Source: Candidatus Sumerlaeaceae bacterium
GTDB lineage: Bacteria; Sumerlaeota; Sumerlaeia; Sumerlaeales; Sumerlaeaceae
NCBI GenBank assembly: GCA_051003195.1
Contig: JBPCLP010000006.1
Location: forward strand, 1 to 24,007
Reading direction: 5' to 3'
DNA: 24,007 nucleotides
Numbering within the stretch: position 1 is the first letter of the stretch; every line of letters starts with the position of its first letter. Made by a program: the position numbers and the translations under genes. The notes beneath the pieces are model-generated. The model was not told the origin of the DNA and searched no databases. It was given only the letters and a program-made list of their open reading frames with translations. Of the stretch, positions 17,528-24,007 are shown in pieces.

Positions 17528-18142
17528 ATGAGCGAAGAACTTGTTCTGAAGCATGGGGTTACCGCCGCCTTAAGAGCTTTCAGATCGCACAGCTTGTCTA
17601 TGATGTTACTGTCCGCTTTTGCGAGCGTTACGTGGACAAACGAAGCAGAACGCACGACCAGATGTTGCAGGCGGCACGTAGCGGTGTTCAGAACATTGCA
17701 GAGGGTAGTCAGGCATCGGGTACATCCGCCAAAATGGAAATTAAACTCACAAACGTAGCGCGAGCCGGCCTGGAAGAACTGCGCCTGGACAATGAGGATT
17801 TCCTTCGGCAGCGTGGGCTAGCCTTGTGGCCTGCAGATGATTCTCGGCGACGCAGTCTTGTTGCGCGCCGGTGTAAAACGGCAGAGGAAGTTGCTGCATG
17901 GATAAAAGAGGTACATGATGGACTGGATGGACCTGGTTGAACTGAAAAATCGAGTGGGCCAGCAATCGGGAAGCCTCGTTACTCGGAGGTTGCGGCAAAT
18001 GCAGCGCACATACTAATCGGGGTTGCCTGCGCGCTGCTTGATCGTCAGATTGCCTTCACAGGCCAAGCGCTTCGAAAGCGAAGGCGGGTTTACAGAACGG
18101 CTTTACCGTGTACGGTCAACCAAGAGAAAACCCGGCACGTAA
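17528..18142 (+). pseudogene. Four-helix-bundle suffix domain protein (23S rRNA IVP / Avd-like fold), disrupted
   Basis: Reconstructs to MSEELVLKHGGYRRLKSFQIAQLVYDVTVRFCERYVDKRSRTHDQMLQAARSGVQNIAEGSQASGTSAKMEIKLTNVARA...EVAANAAHILIGVACALLDRQIASQAKRFESEGGFTERLYRVR. This needs one missing G at ~17555, read-through of an in-frame TGA (17938-17940) and removal of one extra T at ~18055. Confidence 0.85.
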
Positions 18143-18170
18143 GACTTCGTTTTCCGTTACGCGCCACCCT

Positions 18171-18216
18171 CCTGTCCATCACGTCTATCAGGTCCATTAC
18201 GTGCAGCGCGCTCCAT
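18171..18216 (-). repeat. Tandem 9-bp units, inverted relative to the 17479-17514 array
   Basis: CCTGTCCAT CACGTCTAT CAGGTCCAT TACGTGCAG; the reverse complements are ATGGAC/ATAGAC-type units. Confidence 0.75.
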
Positions 18217-18258
18217 AGGCCGCTTGACTTGCAATCAACTTTGATGCACGTGAATTGC

Positions 18259-19062
18259 ATGCGTGTAAACACCTGGCTTTTGGCTGCTACCCTGCTTCTT
18301 CTGGCGATCCACTGGGAAGCGGCGGCCTGTGGCGTCTGTGTTTACTCGCTAGCCGATCCGTATGTGCCGATTGGGCCGATCACCGGGGTGTCCGTGCTTT
18401 GGTACGTAGTGTCGGTGATCGTGGTTCGTGCTTACGGCATTCCCTATGTCGGAATGACGCTACTGTTTGCTGCTGCATCAGTGCTGGGAGGCGTGTTGGT
18501 AAGTATGATGCTCGGTCCGATCAGTCTTGTCCCGCTCGGGATCCTGGCGGCCGTGCTGTGGGCGCGGAGCCTGCGGAAGCGTGCACGGCAGACGAGCCTG
18601 CCACAAAAGCGAGGTTACCAGGTGTTGCGGTGGACTGGTGTAGCCATGCTGGTAGCGCTCGTAAGCTGGGGAACATGGGACCGCTGGGTGAGACGCGACT
18701 GGCGTACGGCGGATTGGTTGAACCAGTGGGAAGGTACACAGCTTGGTAGTAGCCTGCTGAGAAAATTGGAAAGCCAGGGGGCTACGAGTGTCGCAGAGGC
18801 GCGGGACGTAGTGGAGAGGACAGCGGATGTCGATTCGCCAAATGCGGCAAAAATACTCGCGACGTATGGAGACGCTGCAACAGACGTCCCGCGGATGCTG
18901 GCACTGCGGCGAAGGCTGGAAAAGAAACAGATGGCGTGGGCGATGCACGAGCCGCTTAGCAAGGCGACGGGTTTAACACTCGACCGCGAGGCAACCGCGG
19001 AGCAATGGGAACTGGCATGGAAGCAGAAACGGGATGAGCAAACGTCTTCAACTCTCCCGTAG
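18259..19062 (+). CDS. Hypothetical membrane protein with CxxC at the predicted mature N-terminus
   Basis: Signal-like MRVNTWLLAATLLLLAIHWEAAA followed by CGVC, then about four hydrophobic segments and a helical C-terminal domain. Confidence 0.75.
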   Translation: MRVNTWLLAATLLLLAIHWEAAACGVCVYSLADPYVPIGPITGVSVLWYVVSVIVVRAYGIPYVGMTLLFAAASVLGGVLVSMMLGPISLVPLGILAAVLWARSLRKRARQTSLPQKRGYQVLRWTGVAMLVALVSWGTWDRWVRRDWRTADWLNQWEGTQLGSSLLRKLESQGATSVAEARDVVERTADVDSPNAAKILATYGDAATDVPRMLALRRRLEKKQMAWAMHEPLSKATGLTLDREATAEQWELAWKQKRDEQTSSTLP

Positions 19063-19095
19063 CTCGCCTTCATGTAATTTGACAGATGTTCCGTT

Positions 19096-19145
19096 GTAGG
19101 ATACGCATCCTGTCTGTCCAAATACCAGCGAGACGCGTCTGCAAC
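19096..19145. repeat. Degenerate GTAG-type REP element between convergent genes
   Basis: GTAGGATACGCATCCTGTCTGTC followed by a decayed inverted arm (ACCAGCGAGACGCGTCTGCAAC). Resembles GTAG-family REP palindromes. Confidence 0.55.
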
Positions 19146-19193
19146 TTTCAGCGAACCAAATCGCGGTCAATCTAAGCGGCACGGTCGTGGTTG

Positions 19194-21227
19194 CTAAGCG
19201 CCTCGCGGCTTCCGTTTTGATCTGTACTGCACCGGTGAAGCTTCAGCGGGGGATAGTTGGCTTACAAAGCGCTTTGTCCAGCGTACGATCTCATGGCCGC
19301 CGATCACGCTCAATAGTAGCATAAACGGTGTGGCGTTCATCATGAGACGCGGATGAAGAAGATCGCGACCGGCGAGAAATGCCAGTGGTAGTTGCATGGC
19401 TAACACCGCCATCACGACCAGCCGGCCTTCAAAAGTTCGCAAGGAGAGGAAGAAACCCAATATGTAAAAAACATAGAGCAAGTGCTCATGAAGGAGCGGT
19501 GGTACTTCGGCCAGAGCCTTATCTTTGGGAGCATTCGTGCCGATTCGCATCAGCGATTTTCTAGCGACGTCACCGAAAAGCATACGGTACAGGCCGTGCG
19601 TTATCGAGTCTGCAACCTCTCCAATTGAATGGTACTTGAAAAGGTATTCGCCGGTAGTGACCGCAGGCCCGGTAAAGGAATCCCGCTCCAGCTCCAGGCG
19701 CGACGGGAAGCCGGGCTTGCCTGCAAATTCCTGATATGCATAAAACTTTGTTACAATCGTGGAAGAGATGAACGGGTCGCCTTTTACAATTCCCGCATAA
19801 GTCAGCATAAAGAATATCGGCACCATAAACGCGGCGCAAGCCGTGGCAACAGACGTCACGGAGGGGCGGGACTTTCGCCACTGGCCTATAAGCGTTGCGC
19901 CGTAGAGCAGCGGGAATACACAAATGCCGCTGATCCTCGTAAGTACTATCGCAGCACCGGCAAGGCCACTCGCGGCGTGCACGGTCACAGGCTTCGGATT
20001 CCTAACAAGGTTAAATAAGTTGAGAAGTAGTAACATGATCAGCAGCGGAAAGAGCTCTTCACGCAAGCCCTGGGGCGCGCTCTGCACCAGAACGGGATTA
20101 AAGGCGTACAGGAGCAGTGCAACTGCGGCGGCAGGTATCGACACAAATCTTAAAGTGAGAAGATATAAGCCGGCGCCAAGTAACAGCGACAGAAAAAGCG
20201 TGTAAGTTCGTGCAGCGATTGCGCTCCAGCTCGTCACCGCCAAAAAGGTTCGAAGCAGCATCATGTGGAGGGGTTCGCGCGGTAAGGTATCCAGCGGATG
20301 ATGCATCGCAATGGCGAGCTGAAAATAATGTAGTGCATCCGGCAGAAGCGGGACGTCCGCAATGTTACTTAATTCTTTCCAGCGCACGGCCAGAACCACA
20401 CTGAGTAAGGCTATACAAATCAGAGCGGAAAACTGAGTTCGAAGGCGTTGTCTATCAACGGTTGCAGCTTCTACGTTTTTCTCCCGCCAATTACTTGAAA
20501 AGGAAACGTATAACCAAAGCAATGTAGTACCGGTGGCATAGACCATACCGCCTACTGCAAAGGCTGGTTTCCAAAGCGTGCCTGCAATGCCGAGCAATAT
20601 AGCCGTGCATACTGCCAGCGCCATCGCAGTGCGTTGAGGAACGTGATTTACCTGTGCGATTACAAATAAAAGCCAGGGTAGAAACATCGCGGGAAAAACT
20701 GTCCAGGCATTAGCTTCCAAAAAGCCCTTCCCGAATCCACGCGCGTTGATGTTTATCTTATCAAGTACCAGAACGGGTGAAGTCGCGGCTTCCGGCACTG
20801 TCGAACGAATTTCAATTTCTGCGAGCTGACCGTTTGCCGAAGCGGCTGGAAATTCCGGCGAGGGCTTAATGAAAGCGCCCGCCGTGCTGGGGGGTACAGG
20901 CACTACCTGCTGTTTGCCGCCGGTGCGAAACGTGGCGGTAACCGGGACCTGAGCCGGGCGGGGACTCCAGATTTTCAACACGGGCTGTTCGCCGCGGTTT
21001 ATCGTGGTCTGCCACTTAATACTGAAAGGCTTGCCCGGAACGCCATAAACGCCAAATTCTCCAAACGCCGGCGCTCCGTTGATTTGCGCAGATTTGCGCA
21101 GGTCGCTTGTACAATTCCGCAACAGAGCCACAAGTGCGCCATCACCTGTTATAACGGAACGCGATTCTTTTATGTTTGGAATTGAGCTATACAGAGTAGG
21201 AAACGGCGACAAATCGAAGTACTTCAT
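19194..21227 (-). CDS. GT-C fold membrane glycosyltransferase (ArnT/PMT-like) with an N-terminal soluble domain
   Basis: More than 10 hydrophobic segments. Loop motifs PDALHYFQLA...REPLHMML, AR, FNP...GLREEL and LTR, with a late PRL before the last TM, typical of PMT_2/ArnT-like proteins. Confidence 0.78.
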   Translation of the reverse strand: MKYFDLSPFPTLYSSIPNIKESRSVITGDGALVALLRNCTSDLRKSAQINGAPAFGEFGVYGVPGKPFSIKWQTTINRGEQPVLKIWSPRPAQVPVTATFRTGGKQQVVPVPPSTAGAFIKPSPEFPAASANGQLAEIEIRSTVPEAATSPVLVLDKININARGFGKGFLEANAWTVFPAMFLPWLLFVIAQVNHVPQRTAMALAVCTAILLGIAGTLWKPAFAVGGMVYATGTTLLWLYVSFSSNWREKNVEAATVDRQRLRTQFSALICIALLSVVLAVRWKELSNIADVPLLPDALHYFQLAIAMHHPLDTLPREPLHMMLLRTFLAVTSWSAIAARTYTLFLSLLLGAGLYLLTLRFVSIPAAAVALLLYAFNPVLVQSAPQGLREELFPLLIMLLLLNLFNLVRNPKPVTVHAASGLAGAAIVLTRISGICVFPLLYGATLIGQWRKSRPSVTSVATACAAFMVPIFFMLTYAGIVKGDPFISSTIVTKFYAYQEFAGKPGFPSRLELERDSFTGPAVTTGEYLFKYHSIGEVADSITHGLYRMLFGDVARKSLMRIGTNAPKDKALAEVPPLLHEHLLYVFYILGFFLSLRTFEGRLVVMAVLAMQLPLAFLAGRDLLHPRLMMNATPFMLLLSVIGGHEIVRWTKRFVSQLSPAEASPVQYRSKRKPRGA

Positions 21228-21985
21228 GGTAGACTTGAGCCCCCATGTGTGTAAAGTACTTGTATGTTCGGTAGCGTGGCGCTCGTAATTACGTGCCCCT
21301 CACTGGAGCATTTACACAACAGTGAATAGAATTGCAGCATCTTTTTTGACGCTCCTGGCTTAGCACTTTGTCTTGCCGCGACTTCACACAATAGCTCAGC
21401 ACTAGAGTTCTCGTCATAAGTCTCCTCTCCCCTGAACCCACGTGCGCGAGCAGGGTGGCAATAAATCAAGTTCAATGCGTTGCAGTCACCTATCGCCAAC
21501 AACACATTTTCGGCAGCCATTACAAAACTAATGTCTGCATTCCGTCTACCGGCGGAGGGCACCGTTATGTGCCGGATTTCCGCCATAACTGAGTCAACCA
21601 CAATACTGCGAGTAGTGCTTGTAAGTGTAACGCCTTCTTTAAGCCAACGTTCAATGGCTTTAACGGCATTAAGCGGACCTTGAGTACCTAGCCCAGGCAA
21701 GTACACCTCAGCTGTGATTCGTACACGCTGTTCTGGTGTCAAACGATTCTTAACAAAAGCAGAAATGCTGATTCTCTCCTCTGTTGTCGAGCCGTCTGAG
21801 CGCGAAAGGATAAGTGCCTGCTTATATTCGTCATAGCTCTTGGCACTAACTAAATAAGACCGCGTCGCAATATCAGATGGAAGAGACTGCGATCTGCAAG
21901 TAACCACCAACAATAGTATCGATACTATACAAAGAACCCGAGAACTTTGCAACCCCCATTCACAACAATTCGCTTTTGCTATCAT
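21224..21985 (-). CDS. Hypothetical secreted Cys-containing protein, paralog of 21982-22707
   Basis: N-terminal hydrophobic signal. ATGA overlaps with both neighbours. Aligns by eye with the upstream gene. Confidence 0.78.
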   Translation of the reverse strand: MIAKANCCEWGLQSSRVLCIVSILLLVVTCRSQSLPSDIATRSYLVSAKSYDEYKQALILSRSDGSTTEERISISAFVKNRLTPEQRVRITAEVYLPGLGTQGPLNAVKAIERWLKEGVTLTSTTRSIVVDSVMAEIRHITVPSAGRRNADISFVMAAENVLLAIGDCNALNLIYCHPARARGFRGEETYDENSSAELLCEVAARQSAKPGASKKMLQFYSLLCKCSSEGHVITSATLPNIQVLYTHGGSSLP

Positions 21986-22707
21986 TTAGATTCCCTCGCT
22001 TTAAGAATTTCTCGAACGCCAAGAAACATGCTCCCAGAGGTCGAATAATTAGATGAAAAGCATTTGCACGCAATGTCATAGTAACGAATAGCAATGGGAT
22101 CAGAATTGCTCCGTTTATTATTTTGAGCTTTGTCGCATGCTGACTCCGCATTGACTATGGCGGTATCTCCCTGCGATAATTTGTGTAAAGCACTGTTGTC
22201 ACACGATATCAGATCTAATACCCTGCAGTCGCCCAGGCGAAGCATTATATATTCAGCGGCTTTAATGAAGTCAAATTGTTCATAGAGTGCTTGATTCGAT
22301 TTCCTTTTCTCAACCAGTTGCAATTTCATCGTAATCAGCTCCTCTACAATTGAGTTGGTGACTACTGCTGATTCGTCCGTAGTTAACGTTGTGCCACCAT
22401 CCAAAGACCGACGTATGGACTGTATTGCAGCCAGTCTGTAGGCAAAAGTTCCATAATGCAGCGATGCTTCGGCATTCAACAGCAGTAGTTCATTTGGCTT
22501 CAGATGAGCGCGCACATACATTCCAAGCGAGGCAAGAGCATCCGTTGTCAGCTCATCATACAATGCGCTTTTCCATGCATGTTTGTAATCCTGATAAATT
22601 GAGTGAGAAGTAAGTGAGTATTTAGCGGCCACGTCATTTGCGGACACTTGTGCAATGCACAGGTGTACAGGAAATAAAATAACGACTACTAAAACATAAG
22701 AATTCAT
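21982..22707 (-). CDS. Hypothetical secreted Cys-containing protein, paralog of 21224-21985
   Basis: GAGG RBS; signal peptide MNSYVLVVVILFPVHLCIA; shares AAE..LxxGDC..LxLIxC and CKC motifs with its neighbour. Confidence 0.82.
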   Translation of the reverse strand: MNSYVLVVVILFPVHLCIAQVSANDVAAKYSLTSHSIYQDYKHAWKSALYDELTTDALASLGMYVRAHLKPNELLLLNAEASLHYGTFAYRLAAIQSIRRSLDGGTTLTTDESAVVTNSIVEELITMKLQLVEKRKSNQALYEQFDFIKAAEYIMLRLGDCRVLDLISCDNSALHKLSQGDTAIVNAESACDKAQNNKRSNSDPIAIRYYDIACKCFSSNYSTSGSMFLGVREILKARESK

Positions 22708-22718
22708 TTCTAACCTCG

Positions 22719-23708
22719 TTAAAATCCAGGATAGTAAGGAGTACCTGTAATATTACCAATCGTCAGAAACTGCATGTAATCTTCTGTTACCTGGCCGAAT
22801 GGCTCTACTTTGAATTCCGAAACATCCCAGTATCTGTGAAAGACTCGTATCGTAGGAACGGTGCTGTAATCCAATGGTGCATCTGGCGACAGCGATGGAT
22901 CAGGGCTCAAAGTTGGTGGACCTGCCAAGTTCGAGATTAAGTCACCATTTGAAGAGAATCTAAATTTAAACATTGCCCATGGAAGTTCACGTCGATTGAG
23001 GTTTTGAAATCCGGTTTGGGCCAGACTACAAGCACGTGTTTTAACCCCCCAGCAGAATTCGAAGCCGTCGGTTATCTGTATCTCTTCAGTGTCTTCGCCG
23101 ATCTCTCCCTCAAGCAGGTAGTTTGCTACTCCAGGATCAAGGAAGCTGGTTAGACAAGGCGGCTGTGTGGGCCCAATCTTTACGAAAGAGCTATTGTTAA
23201 CGTCGATTATTTCTTCCGCTATTCCTTGCCGAACTTTCCACTTAAATTGGCAGTGACCAAAGAATCTGAAGTACAAGGAAGGATCTAGTCCAAAGCACTC
23301 CTGCGGATTCCCGTTAGGCTGTATGGCCGCCGTTGGATCGAAATTGCCAGTTCTAGTGATCAGAATTAAGTTTGCGTATTTACGGTCTGTATTAGTCCGC
23401 TTTACAAAATACGGATTAGAGAGTGAGTTAAATACTGAGTCGCGATCCCATAAATGGGCGAACGCGAGTTGACTAAAAATGCCGTCGTCATTTAGAATGA
23501 GCCGTTCGGGGGAGGAATCCGAGAAGAGCGCGAGGCGAGTTGGGGCAAACGCAATCAATCCGCACAGTAGAATGAGCAGCCCAGCGATGAATACGGCAGC
23601 GAAATCCGCGAAAAGTCTTTTCTGGCCGGACGAAAGGCCGGAGGCTGTGGGCTGACTGGCAGGCTGGTGAATCGCGTGCGACGAACGTCTCGCCTTCGTG
23701 TTGCCCAT
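22719..23708 (-). CDS. Hypothetical membrane-anchored protein (possibly chimeric)
   Basis: Likely start MGNTKARR at 23708 (ORF track starts at 23792). One TM (FAAVFIAGLLILLCGLIAFA). GC-rich 5' part and AT-rich remainder. Confidence 0.7.
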   Translation of the reverse strand: MGNTKARRSSHAIHQPASQPTASGLSSGQKRLFADFAAVFIAGLLILLCGLIAFAPTRLALFSDSSPERLILNDDGIFSQLAFAHLWDRDSVFNSLSNPYFVKRTNTDRKYANLILITRTGNFDPTAAIQPNGNPQECFGLDPSLYFRFFGHCQFKWKVRQGIAEEIIDVNNSSFVKIGPTQPPCLTSFLDPGVANYLLEGEIGEDTEEIQITDGFEFCWGVKTRACSLAQTGFQNLNRRELPWAMFKFRFSSNGDLISNLAGPPTLSPDPSLSPDAPLDYSTVPTIRVFHRYWDVSEFKVEPFGQVTEDYMQFLTIGNITGTPYYPGF

Positions 23709-23916
23709 TCCATCTCTCAATAAAGGTTTGTGCAGAGGTCGTAGCAAATAGGGGCACATGCAACGTAAAGATGCGATCCCGATGCGGCACAAGTCTTAGT
23801 GTAAGCCTTGCGCAAGGCAGAGCAATTATGCGCAGACAAGCCAGTTCTTCTGGCGCAGGATGCGACCCGCCCATTTTTTGGGTTGAATCGCTTCATAGGG
23901 TGATAAGGATGCGGTC

Positions 23917-24007
23917 GTGACTGTTTCCCCGAGCGAGCTTTCTCTTCCGCTGCTTGGGCGTGGCAAGGTTCGCGATGTTTATGGGGTGGACTCTTAACGG
24001 TTTTTGC
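23917..24007 (+). pseudogene. purC: 5' end of SAICAR synthetase with an in-frame TAA (pseudogene or base error), truncated by window edge
   Basis: AAGGA RBS and GTG start, translating to MTVSPSELSLPLLGRGKVRDVYGVDS*RFL. RGKVRDVY is the PurC N-terminal signature. Confidence 0.65.

Noticed and set aside
17938..17940. Selenocysteine or alternative genetic code explaining the in-frame TGA (and the TAA in purC)
   Set aside because: TGA, TAA and TAG all terminate well-recognised genes here, the TGA lies in a variable linker, and the gene also has two frameshifts.
17479..18216. Diversity-generating retroelement
   Set aside because: Only an Avd-like fold is present; there is no reverse transcriptase and no TR/VR pair differing at adenines in the window.
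21081..21100. Perfect 10-bp tandem duplication GATTTGCGCA x2 as a target-site duplication
   Set aside because: The copies are adjacent rather than flanking the AT-rich segment, and the reading frame is intact; noted only because it sits near the GC transition.

Overview
Bacterial chromosomal window of moderately high GC from a diderm organism (lpxA present). The C-terminal DWxL motif on one secreted protein reminds me of Candidatus Sumerlaeota/BRC1, but this is unverified recollection. From left to right it holds: the 3' part of an RHS/YD-repeat polymorphic toxin with a small Cys-laddered tip and a candidate immunity gene; a ~1 kb intergenic region dense in palindromes, repeats and a boxA-like motif; a secreted FN3-like protein; a minus-strand run of M28 peptidase, dnaA, orphan gspG, lpxA and GT2 (no dnaN next to dnaA); an FG-GAP protein; a NAGPA-domain protein; a divergent acetate kinase; a helical hypothetical protein; a triply disrupted four-helix-bundle (IVP/Avd-like) gene bracketed by inverted 9-bp tandem repeat arrays; a CxxC membrane protein; a GTAG-type REP; a translationally coupled minus-strand cluster (unknown ORF, two Cys-rich secreted paralogs, GT-C glycosyltransferase) whose AT-rich core may be an insertion into the GT-C gene; and the start of purC with an in-frame TAA. 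I found no CRISPR array, tRNA, rRNA or transposase. The best candidates for undescribed biology are the repeat-bracketed four-helix-bundle element, the CX6C RHS tip with a variant autoprotease motif, the paralog cassette beside the GT-C gene, the C-terminal DWxL motif and the structured 3.2-4.2 kb spacer.
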